From the NCBI GenBank assembly GCA_013239625.1, contig MU057356.1, positions 25,090,971-25,154,970 on the forward strand: a DNA stretch of 64,000 bases, given 5' to 3'. This document shows positions 26,456 to 39,029 of this stretch, one piece after another. Source of the stretch: Lama guanicoe (lineage: Eukaryota). Position 1 is the first letter of the stretch; every line of letters begins with the position of its first letter. The notes under the pieces are model-generated. The model searched no databases and was not told the origin of the DNA. It saw only the letters and a list, made by a program, of their open reading frames with translations. The position numbers were made by a program, and so were the translations under genes.

Positions 26456-28832
26456 ATAGGACTAGTGATTGAACACTTACTCAGTCACTAGATGATCCTC
26501 TTTCCAGCCAGAAAAGAGACTGGCAGATCCCAAAAGGGTTAGAAAGCAGCCTTTCCTCCTCTAAGATTTAAGAAACTGCCTGCAGATTCCACCAGCCTTC
26601 CGAGCATCAGGAAATCAATGACAACAAATGGTGTTGTCAAAGGGGTCACAGGGGAGCACACACAGTGGAGGTCACCAATGGCCAGTCCACTGGTGCAGTG
26701 GCCACAGGAACTCATCAAAGCTGCCTCCACCTGGCCCCCTGCGTGGAGCCAGGTCAGGCCGGGCAGAGGGCGGTCTGCTGATTTCTGTGCTCACTCCTAG
26801 AGTCAGTCAATAAGGGGAGGAAGGGTGAATTACCTCAGTGCTGAGCTGCAAGGCACAGAGAGGAACAAATAGCACTTGTACTCCTGCAAGATAAGGGAGA
26901 AAGAGGAATGGCAAAGCAAAGTAAGAGACTGGCAAGCCAGGGGTGCACAATGAGGTGTGCTCCAACTGTGCAAAGGAAGACGGAGAGTGACTCACTGAGT
27001 GTGGAATGCATCATTCACTTTAATTCCCAGAGGCAGGTGGAACTATCCAGTATTAAAATGTAAGGTGGGCAAAACATCACTAGCCTTGCAATATACACTT
27101 CAACATACTGGCCAAGGATTAGAACCCTGAACTGAATTATAATCTCAGAAACACTCTAATCGGTGCTTAGAGCGAGGTGCCGTGATACGTGATACAACTC
27201 TTCCCGTCAGTATGCAGCTCTGCCCTCCTATTCCTACCCCCACCTCCGAGCCCCCCTGGCCCCACCGTCCCTGTACCTTTCCCTTCTGGGAGGGCCACCA
27301 TTCCTTCCACAACAGCCAACTCAGTTAACGTAGCAAAACAGACCAAAGTCTCGAGAAAGAGGCTGAACAGGCAGAAAGACTGAATGGAAAAGGAGAGAAA
27401 AAGAAGAGAAATAAGCAAAGTTAATTTACGGTCTGAGAGAGCTACTTCAACACTCTCGTTCCTGCATTATCTTTGCCTGGCAGCTGCAGCTGTGCACCAC
27501 CTTTCATCCCTGACACAAACAGCCCGTATCTGCAATTACCAACGCCCAGGGAGCGAGCATTAGTATGCAGCATACGGCCTGGGGAAAGGTGTAATGCTGG
27601 GCCTCCTCCTGCCTCAGAAGTCCCTAGCAGACAGGCCCAGGAACAAAGGGAAATGGGATACAGAGAAGCCAAGCATCTGTTGGAGGCCAGAGCCTATGTA
27701 AGGGGTCAGATGGTTGTGGCAGAACCAAAGAGGAGGTGAAGAGAGGAGGAGACAAAATGCAGTGGGTAGCTGAGACTGAGTTTTTAAAATCTGTCTTAAC
27801 GAACTAACAACAATTAGATCTTTGTGCTAATTTTAGGGGTAAATAAAATGGTAATAATGGGAAAGGGCAACTCAGTCCAAAGCCATGCATATGGGGACAA
27901 AAAAGGGGAAAGTTGTAAACGAAAAACTATGGACTATTTTCTCTCCTTTACTCTCATATTATCTATCAGGTGATACTTTGCCATCGCTTTTGGCCTGGTT
28001 AAAATTGCATGCAAATGCACCCAGCGTAGAACAACTCAGTGTGTCCCACTCAGGATGACATCAGTCTCAATAAAATCCACCTGAGATCAGCTTCATGCAG
28101 TGACTAAGGACTGTGGGAGACTTCTAAAGTCACCCAATTAGAGAATTATATGAACGAAAATTGATAAGAAATATATCAGCACTTAAATGTCCAGCAACAG
28201 AGGGCTGGCTACATCAACTGTAAAATACACACTTACTAGCATACTATCCAACCAGTACTTTAGTTCCATAGTTTTCAGTTAGTGATATATATATTCACAA
28301 AACACAAGCTCCATAAGGAAGCTGTAATAGCATGGAAGTTGCTGAAGCTTACAAAACAAGATTTTATTTGACAGTAGGTAGAAGCATTTCAGGCCAGGAC
28401 TGGAAAAAGTCAGTCCTTGGATCCATATCACGTGTCTGCACAGACATTGGCCACTTAAAACAATTAACCTTAATTCCTCACTGAGGACCAGAGTCCTGGT
28501 TCTGATAAACTGGGGAAGTCCTACAGACATTACTAGTCTGCTCTTGGAATATCTGTTTTCCCTCTTTCCTTGCTAACTGAAATCTGATTTGTTTTACTGC
28601 AGTAATTTGTCCTGCTGGAAAAAAAATTTTTTTTTTAAAATGTCCAGTGCCTGTTCCTGTGCTATCTCTCCAGGTTTCTTGTCGTATACAAAAAAAAGAG
28701 AATAAGAGAAAATACGTTGTTTTGGTTTTCTCTGACTTGCACCCAAATCTGTTTCTAATTTTCCCAGGAGATGTCCACTAAACCCCCTCTCCCCCAACAA
28801 GAAAAGCTAAATGATAGTTTGTTGGTTGGTTA

Positions 28833-29283
28833 GCATACTGGGTTGAATATTGTCCCCCCAAAATTTGTGTCCACCCAAAACCCTCTGAACGTGACCTTAT
28901 CTGGAAATAGGGGGTTTGCAGATGTAATCAAGTTAAGATGAAGTCATACTGGATTAGGGTGAATCCTAAATTCTATTTGACTAATGTCCTTCTAAGAAGA
29001 GGGAACTCTGGACACAGAGACACATGGAAGGAGAATGCCACATGAAGACTGAAGGAGAGACTGGAATAATACACCCACAAGGCAAGACATGCCAAAGATT
29101 GCCAGTAACCACCAGAAACTAGGAGAGAGGCATGGAACAGATTTTTCCTAAGAGCCCCCAGCAGAAACCAACACGACCAACACGTTGATTTTGGGCATCT
29201 AGCCTCCAGAACTGTCAGAGAGTAAACTTCTGTTGCTTTAAGCCACACGGTCTGTGTTATGACAGCCGTAGGAAACTAACACA
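28833..29283 (+). mobile_element. MLT1C-like MaLR solo LTR, near full length
   Basis: 'gggttgaatattgtcccccc', 'gtgaccttatctggaaatagg', 'gattgccagtaaccaccagaaactaggagagaggcatggaacagat'; end 'ggaaactaacaca'. Confidence 0.92.
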
Positions 29284-30809
29284 ATTGGTTTGTCACTTGT
29301 TTGCAAAGATGCATTTTTATACACCATGTTTCTAGATTGGGAAACTGAGAAATAACAAAGAAAATTGAATTATCATCCTGATCCCTATGAGGCAGGTCAG
29401 AATCCAAGACTCCCTGGAAATCTGAACTATTTGTGGGCTTCTGTCTTACGGAGGTAACCAACAATGGGAACGCATCCCAGTTTTGCATTTGAAAGTGGAG
29501 GCACTAGAGGATTTGAAGCCAATGATCAGATAGCTCTGAATTTTTGGTGAGAAGTCAAACAAACACAGGTGTTACATAATATGAATCATCTTAATGACCA
29601 AACTATAGTACACTGCTTGCCAGATACCCCAATTACATGTCTGAATATAGATTTTTAAATGTACCAATATTTAAATGATCAATCAAAAATTTGATAAATA
29701 TGGAAACCACAATCACTGGAATACCATGATAAGTGGCATAGAAAATTATTGGGGTTAAATGATATCTATATGAAAAACCAAGCTGGTTACAAAACGGGAT
29801 TTATCTTATGTTTTCATTTGTTGTAAAGAAAAATATCATATGATAGAAACAGTAAAAAAAAAATAAAAGAAATTGATAAAAAATAAAGTACCAATAGATT
29901 TCCCATTACAGAGAAGCTTAAAATTAACCTAATTTAAATGGAACCAACTGTGAGACTTTGCTGATGTTTCCAGATCCAAGACAGAGCTTGCAACAACCCA
30001 ATAGTTTACAGAACAATAACCAAAGATCATAACCTCTAAAGAACAGGGCTGGTAAGAAAGAAAATACCCCTTTTTCAGCATGAGTTTAAGTAACATGAAC
30101 TATAAAAAATTAACGTTGGTCTTTAGACACATGTAATAAAGAAGTCCTCCAATCTCTAGTAGAACAATGGATTGAACTAGAATAGGAAGAACTATACTCA
30201 TCTTCAGTTTTGGGACTGGAGTCCCCATGAGGCCTGGGAATCTGAATGTTAAGGAACACTAAAATGTTCATCTGCCTGAAATCTGCTAGACCCAAGAAAG
30301 CACCAAGAAATGAGAGTTCTCCTTGGGTGGATGGATTTTTCTGAAGGTAGGTGGTGGGCTTGATGGCCTGATAGAGCTACAAAGAAGCTAATTAAGGTAG
30401 TCACAAGACCCTGTGGACTATACCAAGACAAGCATTATCCAAACTACCTGAGGCTGCATAGTTCAAATATGTTGAGAAGAGAGGAGTCTTACGTTATAGC
30501 TACAAAGCCAAGGAGCACAAAGTGCCCTATTACAGGGACTCGAAAGAAGAAACTTTGGTCAGTGATGGAGAAAGAGGGAAGAGGAATGAAGAATTAGGTT
30601 GCATGAGATTTTTTTTTTGGAGGAGAAGACAAGATAAGACTTGCTTGGACTACTGAGCCCGAAGAAATTCTCTGCCTCTGGGACACAGCCTCCTCCTCCA
30701 CCTTCTGATATGCATCAGGCCTTTTTGTGTGTGTGTGTTGAATTCAGCAATGTCTGCCCCAAAGTATGCAACACAACTGAGTACTGGTCTATTGTTTCTA
30801 GATAATGTT

Positions 30810-30920
30810 CTGTTCATCACCTTCATTGTATAGAGGAAAACTCTGAGGCCCAGGGAGTCAGTCGAAGACCCAGAAACAGATCCAAGCTCCCTTACATGCA
30901 GGATGATGCCCTCCGACTTG
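30810..30920 (-). mobile_element. MIR fragment
   Basis: 'cattgtatagaggaaaactctgaggcccaggga'. Confidence 0.55.
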
Positions 30921-32144
30921 TTCAGGTTGGCTGCCCTGCCTTGTACCTTTGTTTAAAGAACAGAGGCACTATCACTGGAAACTGAATTGATGCTTTCATG
31001 TGAAGGGAAGTCTACAGATGTTAGGTTTCTTACAGATAATAAAGATTGCCTCCAGAGTAATTAAAGGCTTAAGAATAAAAGTAAATTGAATGTGAAGAAA
31101 ATATAGAAAATATAACCAAGTCTAGGCAAAAAGGCTGAGGCAATAAATTCCTTTTCTCTCTCAGATTAACATATTCATTTGGCAACATAAGCATGCTTAA
31201 TGAAGACCTAGAGGCCATCTCATGTAACATGAAATATTAATGATGGTCATATGTATCACCAAAGGCTGAAAACTGAGAGGATCACAAAAAATAGAATATG
31301 GAGAAGTAATTAACATCAATAACTTGTTCTATTTCCAGATGGTCAAACAAAAGGGCTCTTTTTACAAGTCAAACTATAAACCAAGTAAATTTGCCAGTAA
31401 AACACATCACTAAAGACTGAGACTAGAGACTATATCCATTGCAAAATTTCAGATAATTCAGAAACAAGTTCTTACCTGGAAACACAGAGAACTGCAAGGA
31501 CACATCCTGACTTCCCAGGCTCAGCAACCTATGGATATAAAGGGATCAAAATTAAAGACTTTACAGAACCTTCCAATTATTTGCTCTGTACTCCCCCACA
31601 CAAGACAGGTTTCAAAGGGTTCCAGAATCTCAGTTATTTCTGCCTCAGGCTGTCTTGTGGGAGTGCGCATGGTTTTTCTTCCCAGGAGGTCTCTCTTTTG
31701 GAGCCAGCCCCAAAAAAACTACCTGAGAGCAGTGCCTGGCTGTTTACACTGCACATGATGGCACAGAGGGAGTTCTCAAGTTCATCCTCAGTTAGTGCCC
31801 ACACCCACAGCAGAAAACACTGCAAGGGCAGGAGAATTCCCTTCTCTCTCCACCTTGTGTGACTATGACAACCAGGACACAAAACAATGTATCTCACACA
31901 TCTGAGTTTCCCTCGTGAAAAGCAGTCCTTCACCCTCTGCCTGTAAACCTTTTCTCCTCTAAGTTCAGAAATAAGTAACTCAAACAAGCACAATGCTATA
32001 GTCCCCATCTTCATCCCTCCTGCAGATGCCCATGGAAACCTTCTTTGAACAGGTGCATCACCCTCACACACGTACTCAGATAACAGAGTGGGCTGTGCAT
32101 CCCCTACCAGTGCATTCCTGCGTCCTGAATTCCAGCAGGGCTCA

Positions 32145-33040
32145 GAGTTCATTCATTCTTTCAGTTAGCAAATACTTATGGAGAGTCTACCCTATGCCGC
32201 ATAGTAGAAGTGCAGTTATGAACAAAAGCAGACCTGGTTCCTACACTCAGGGAGCTTACAGTCTAGTTGAAGAAGCAAAACATTATTCAAAGAATGATAC
32301 AAATTGGTATAAATATACAACTACAGTAAGAGTAATAAATGGTGCTCTGAAAGAACACATATGGAGGAAAACCATCTACTGATAGAGAGCAAAGAAGGTT
32401 CCTGAGGAAGTAAAGCAGAGTGAACTGGGGAGGAGAGTGCGAGGAGCCCTCCAGCCCTAGGGAAGAACGATGGAGGAAAGGGTAAGGCAGTTAAGGAAGC
32501 TGGGCTCCAAATAGTACCTTCCCCATACACACTGATTCAGTTAACATTATTGACCATAAAGCACTCTTATAAGCACTGGGTAGCACTTGTATAATTATTG
32601 AAAAAGAAAAAAAAGATAAAACTTTTGATCCCAAAGAGCTTAAGGTCCAGTAGGGAAGAAAGGAAAATTAGCTTCTATGAGAGCATGATAAGTACCAGAA
32701 AGTTATGCATAAGGGACACTAATTGAGCCCTCACACTAAAGGATCAGGCAAGGCTTCTCAGTGAGAGGTCAGCGGGAAAGACAGAAAGGATGGGATTTCC
32801 AGGAAGAGCAAACAGACTTGGCAAAGGCACAGAGGCATGAAGCAGCAGAACCTACTCAGGGATCCACAGGAAGTTGAGTCTTGTTTATGAGAAGGGTGAG
32901 AGCAGGCAGTGGCCAGCAATGTGACAGGAGGTAAGGCAGGACAGGCAGAGAAACCAGAGACCCAAAAGGAGAGGCCTTGTGTGTAAAGCTAAGGCACTGA
33001 AACAATGACCACAAGGAACACGGAGATAATGGAGGATTAA
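32145..33040 (-). mobile_element. Two adjacent L2 3' fragments
   Basis: Two antisense tails, 'ttcattcattctttcagttagcaaatacttatgga' (32148) and 'gattcagttaacattattga' (32533); body 'ggcaaaggcacagaggcatga'. Confidence 0.7.
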
Positions 33041-33539
33041 AAAAAGAGACAATGGACGATTTCCTCTTTTATTTCGTTTTGCTTTTTTCTCCACTACCTC
33101 CAACAGTGAACTGTACTAAGATTTCAAAAGAAAACCAAAAACCCATAGTGACTGATCCAGACTCCACTTTTGTCATTTTCACAGGTTTATTTCTCTGCTG
33201 GATGTTAGCACGTAACATCCCCAGGTGCTTTTCAATGAATGCTACATTTCCTCCAGTTTAGTAAATCAGATTTTTTTCCTGATATATATTTGCTTTCATT
33301 ATACTGCTTTTTGTTTTGGTGGGCAGTAAGCCCAGTAAGCCATTCTGGCACTGAAGTAAAATGAGTATTTTTAGCAACTAGGTAGCCATATATGTGATAA
33401 AGATAGACAAGGGCAGCTAGGAAGCAGGTTCTTAAAGTATCATGATGTATTTGTTAAACACCAAAAATGAAATAAATATTAAAAGACAGCCTTACTCTTA
33501 AAACACACTGAACATCTTAGAATACGAATCATTTTTCTT

Positions 33540-35790
33540 TAAATTTTTACTACGTCTGACATACACAAAAGAATTTATTAACACATATTTATGTTGTAAA
33601 GCGTAATAATATACATAACGCTCTCGGTCCTACCATCCAATGCACACATTCTGAATAAATTGCACCTAGTTATGTACTTCTCTCACTTTACCCTCTCCTC
33701 GATAAACCAGAGATAAAGCACTATACTGAATTTTGTGTTTATCTTTACTTTGCTTTTTAAAAATAGCTTTATTAAATGTTTATGTCTAAAAATGTTGTTT
33801 CATGTGTGTGTTTGAGTATTATCTTAATGGTGTCATACTGTTGAGGGCTTTTTAGACTTCTTTTATTCAACACAAGATTCCTAAGATTCATTTGTGACTG
33901 AGTATAGCTGTGGATCATTTACTTCCACTGCCGTGTCAACATTCCATTGTGTTAAATATAGCACAATATATATATTCACAATATGTATGTATATATTGTA
34001 CACATATATATATAGTCATTCTCTTAATAATGGATTTTTTAAATTCCAGTTCTCAGTTACTACAAGCTGTTTGCTAGGAGCATGTCTCCTGGGCACATGT
34101 ACAAAAATTCCTCTGGGGTATATTATATATTAGGTATGGCTTACTCAGTTATAGGGTGTTTCCATGTTCAGATTTCTAAGACAATCACAACTTGTTTTCC
34201 AAATTGATTTTCTAATTTACCTTTTCAAGACCATTATATAAGAATTCCCATTGATCCAAATTCTCTCCATTACTTTGTGAACCAAAGCAATGACAGTGGG
34301 AGTGAAAAGGCAAAAAAAAACAGATTTAGGTTGTATTCAGGAGATAAAACATATAAAGATGTTGTACATAAGAAGGTGAAGTCGGGACTCAAAATTTGCT
34401 TATTAATATGCACCAATATAGTAAGTATAATGCTTCAGTTTGATTATAATTTTTTATTTCTCTGATTGTGAAGAAATTAAGCACCTGTCTATGGTTATTG
34501 GCCATACATTTACATGTCATTGCCCATTTTTCTATTTTGCTTCCATGTGTATATTTTTCTTATAAGTTGATAAAAGTTATTTTTTACATTCTGTGTATTA
34601 AACTTTTGTTGGTTACATGTGTGATACACATGCTACTTTGTTGTCTTTTCATTTCCTTGATGGTATTTTTTGGTAAACAGAAGTTATTAGTTTCATATAT
34701 TAAAATTAATCAATCATTTCTTTTATGGTTAGCATTTTTGTACTTTAACAAAATCTTCCCTACCCCAAAACTAGAAAAAATATTCTTCTATATTTTCTCC
34801 CTAAAGTTTTTCTTTTCACAAAAGTCCTTATCTCTTTAAGTTGACTCTTGTGTATTGCATGAGGCAGGAACTCAATTTCAGTTTGGGGGATGGATATCCA
34901 GTTGTCCCAGCACTATTTATCGACCAGTTCTTCTTTTCTCCATTGATCTTCAATGTTCCCCAAGCTAGATGTTTTCTGTGGCCTGTGGCACCCATTGATT
35001 TCCCCTTCTTGCTCTCCCCTATATCACAAGAGCTAGAAACCTAGGGATTAAATTTTCCCAACTTCTTTGCCAGCAAGGTTTGAGATGTAGCTTAGCTGCT
35101 GTCAGAAAAAGACACTTAGCAAATTTGGAAAACAGTAGGGAGACAGAAACAATTCATTCTCAGCAACGATGGCAGGGGAAATACAGACCTGGGTAGATAG
35201 GAAGCTTTTTAGGAGTCAGAGAGACTCAGAATTCCTGTGCTAGTCACCTGTCTAGGGGTTGCAATCTGGAGATGCTATGACCTTAGTAGGAGTGTCCCTA
35301 AGTTTGCTGACCTCTGGGTAGCAGCCAAACATTTCTGACTCTCTGGGTGGTTGTAGCAATGAATTATAAAGTTAATGCACCCTGGTGTCACAAACTTTGT
35401 ACTTCCAGTGCTTCAATAATTTATACAACTCTGTTTTTCCTGTTTTAAATTCCTCCTACTTAAAATACTGAGTAGTTTGTTTTCCGTATTTTGCCCTAAG
35501 AGTTAACCCTCTGTTCAAAGTTCCATTTACAGTGGGTCTTCCTGGGTTTTCTACTATGGATCACTGGGTTATTTTTCTACTTGTGAGACAACAACACACT
35601 GCCTTTATGATGGCTTCCAAATAAATATGGTATCCGTAAAGAATTTCCATCCTATCTTCACAAATGTCTTGGTTGTTCTTAGCTCTTTGCTATTCTTTAT
35701 GTTAGAATCACCTTTTCAAATCTATTTTTTAAAAAAGTCATGATTTTTATTGGACTTGCATCAAATCTATAGATAAGTTTTGATAAAATA
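33540..35790 (-). mobile_element. Old L1 (L1M/L1ME) 3' region, fragmented by an L2 piece and an LTR33
   Basis: 'ctaagattcatttg...gtatagctgtggatcattt', 'ggatatccagttgtcccagcactatttat', 'gatttttattggacttgcatcaaatctatagataa'. Confidence 0.7.
34968..35505 (+). mobile_element. LTR33-like ERVL solo LTR
   Basis: 'gctagaaacct...attttcccaacttctttgccagcaagg'; 3' end 'taaattcctcctacttaaaatact...gtttgttttcc'. Confidence 0.65.
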
Positions 35791-35799
35791 AACATGGAT

Positions 35800-36568
35800 C
35801 CACATTTTAGAAACATCATTCTAGTAATAGTAAGTCTATTAGGTTTGGCAGGGTCAAACTGAAGAAAGAAAAGGCTAGTTAGAAAGCTATGTAAGCAATT
35901 AGGTGAAATAAAGCAATGACAATGAGAATGAAGAGATTTATGCTACATTCAGGAGAAAAAACTTGCAAAGATGTAGTGGCTAAGAAGGAAAATTCAGGAA
36001 TGACAGGTTTTCTTCTGGGCCTCTGGGCACTATTTTTTAAGTACAGAAGCAGCTTGCTCAGGAACAAGGACAATGAGACAAGTTGGGGCATACTGAGTTC
36101 TTGTGGTAAGAGATATTCAAGTGAATGTGAGACTGAAACTCTGCAGAGAGGAATGAGCTTTATATTTAGAGTTATGAGTCATCCATACTAGTGGTTGTGG
36201 AAGTCAGTGTGGAAAAACATACCCATATTTAGGAAGAAAACTTTGGGAACCCTGTCATTTTTAGAGGGATCAGAAGAAAAGAAGCCAGTGAGGGAGACTG
36301 AGAGGGGTGTCCAGAGATGTAATAGGAAAACCAAAAAGAAAGTTGTTATTTATGAAAGTCAAAAGAAGAGAGGTTTAAGAAAGAGGAAGTTGTTAACACT
36401 ATGAAATAATTAAAGAAGAAATATATCCACTGGATTTAATAACCTGAAGTTAATTGGTGGAAATGATTTCACTGCTGTTTTGGGGACAAAAGACAAATTG
36501 TTGTTAGAGAAGCAGTAAATAGCCAATGAGGAAGGGAAATGGGGAATGTAAAAGGCTCTTCAAGAAGT
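35800..36568 (-). mobile_element. L2 body fragment (continues after the L1 at ~37110)
   Basis: 'ttttagaaacatcattctag', 'gaagccagtgagggagactgag', 'tccactggattta', 'ctcttcaagaagt|ttggctgc'. Confidence 0.7.
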
Positions 36569-37110
36569 GNNNNNNNNNNNNNNNNNNNNNNNNNNNNNNN
36601 NNNNNNNNNNNNNNNNNNNNNNNNNNNNNNNNNNNNNNNNNNNNNNNNNNNNNNNNNNNNNNNNNNNNNNNNNNNNNNNNNNNNNNNNNNNNNNNNNNNN
36701 NNNNNNNNNNNNNNNNNNNNNNNNNNNNNNNNNGATCGTCATTCTAAGTGAAGTAAGCCAGAAAAAGAAAGAAAAACACCATATGGTATCACTTATATGT
36801 GGAATCTAAAAAAAAAGGACACTATGAACTCATCTAAAAGACAGAAACGGACCCACAGACATAGTAAACAATCTATGGTTACCAGGGAAAGGAGGTGGGA
36901 AGGGATAAATTTGGGAGTTTGAGATTTGCAAATGTTAGCCACTGTATATAAAAAATAGATTTTTTCAAAAGTTTCTTTTGTATAGCACAGGGAACTATGT
37001 TCAGTATCTTATAATAATGTTTAATGAAAAATATGAAAACACATATATGTATGAATATGCATGACTGGGACATTGTAAATGCCTGTACTTCAATTTGAAG
37101 AAAAAAAAAA
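36569..37110 (+). mobile_element. Young camelid-type L1 3' end inserted into L2 (5' part is N)
   Basis: 'gtcattctaagtgaagtaagccag', 'tcacttatatgtggaatct', 'tatgcatgactgggaca', poly-A; probable TSD aagaagt. Confidence 0.9.
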
Positions 37111-39029
37111 GAAGTTTGGCTGCAAAGGAAAAGAGATATACAATAGTAGCTAGAGAGTCAGAGGATTTTTTTTTAAAAGAACACGTTTGTATTTGAAGGG
37201 AGTAAACAGAATATAAAGTAAGCTAGGTGGCTGATAGCCTAAGGTCTCTTTCAAGTCAGAAGACAAACTCCAATGCAGGTAGTTGGGTAAATGAATTAGA
37301 CTTTGGCGGTGGGAAATAGGAAAGACTATGAAAGCACGGGTCCTGGTGGAAAGACATTTTATAGGAGATTTTGGGTTGTGGGGTGAGTTATTTCTTGTTT
37401 TTCTGAATGGATAAGAAGGCATACGTTCTGAGGATGAGAGAAGATAGGGTAGAGGAAGGAATTTGAAGAGAGTAATGAAAGTCTGGAACAGTTGTGCAGA
37501 CAAAAGGGAGGAACAGTTGACGAGCTTCATGGAGAATGACTTCAGGTAGCTCTGAGACTCCAGCCAAGGTCGAATGGTTTGTGCAAACTGCTGGATGATT
37601 TTCCTCAGTAGAGCACAGTAATTTGAGAACAGCCTGCTTCGTTTTATCACAAACCTTGTGTACAGGATTCTCCATGTTAGAGTGAAATTTAATATATATC
37701 ATGTGATCTGACTTGAATTTAATTGCAAATTGGTATAAGCTAAGTGGTACCTAAGACTGCCACAATTCAGCCCACAGGAAGAAACAAGAGAGACTGAACA
37801 ATAGTATGGAGCAGGCTGAAAAAAACAGAAGAATATGTGTGTAGGAAGATGTTCTTTTCCTTTGGCTCCTTTGGGCTACACCAAAAGGCATTGATATGTG
37901 GCCAGGAGCAACAGTTACTCTTTAAATAAGGTTGACAAGTTAGACAACACTATTACTAATGTCAATTGAAAAACATGTGGGACAAACCACCATCCAAAGA
38001 TGGATTCATACGGGGTGGTAATTAACCAACTCCAGCTAACAGATCAGATATCCAGCTCTTTAAGAAACTTAATAAAACTGTAGGACTTATTGATTTTGCT
38101 CTTCCTCTAGGCAGAAATATGCCAAGAATATACACAGAGAAAATAAATAATCTCGAGCTTCTGTAAGAGAGCTGAAGTAAAATGTGGAGTTACAGACTCA
38201 AAGTGAACCCAGGGATAGGATGCTTCAGCATGCAGCTAATATGATAAAGATTCATCACCAGGTGCTTGTCTTAACAAAGATAAAACACCTATCATATGAC
38301 CTGGAGATTTTTTTCTTCTAAAATGTACCCAGGAGAATGGAGACAGAAAAGCAAGTTATTACTTGATGTACTGATAAACCATCTGTGAAGTAGAGATCCA
38401 TCAGATGTCCCATGAGAGGCAATTCTAGAAAGTTCCAGGGGAATGGTTTGCTACTTTGTTAATCTCTGAGACTCCAATAGCACAGCTGTTACCAGAAAAT
38501 GTGAGGGGTTGGTACAGAAAATTCCAGAGATGAGCTGTGAAGCACTTGGGCTTATCCTGTTGCCCTGGATGTGAGGTCAGTGGGTGTCTGCTGCAGTGGC
38601 CCATGGGACAGTACTGTCTGAGCTGGTCACCAGTTAACCACACAGCAAAGTTAAAGTGATTTCCCAGCTAAAACGGACAGTGAAATGGCTAGAAGAGTGA
38701 TTCTCTCTATTCATTTTATTGGGGGCACACATGAATTATCATCTACAGAAGAAATTATGGAGAAAAAAGATACAAAAAAATGTTGAGAGGAGTCAGACCA
38801 GTTGAGATGCTGATGGTCAGAGAAATGTGACTCAGGAGAGAAACAGAGAAAAAAATCCCTTTGTCTATCCCTATTTGATCCTCTTTCCTCTTTTCTTCCA
38901 CTTTTTTGTTACCAGCAAATTCCCAGTTCCTGTATGTGCCACTGGCCAGGAGGGAGCCATATTGGAATAACATTTCCAGAGCTTGTTGGCAACTTTCATC
39001 TGCTCCTCCCAGAAGAAGAGGGGGTGATT

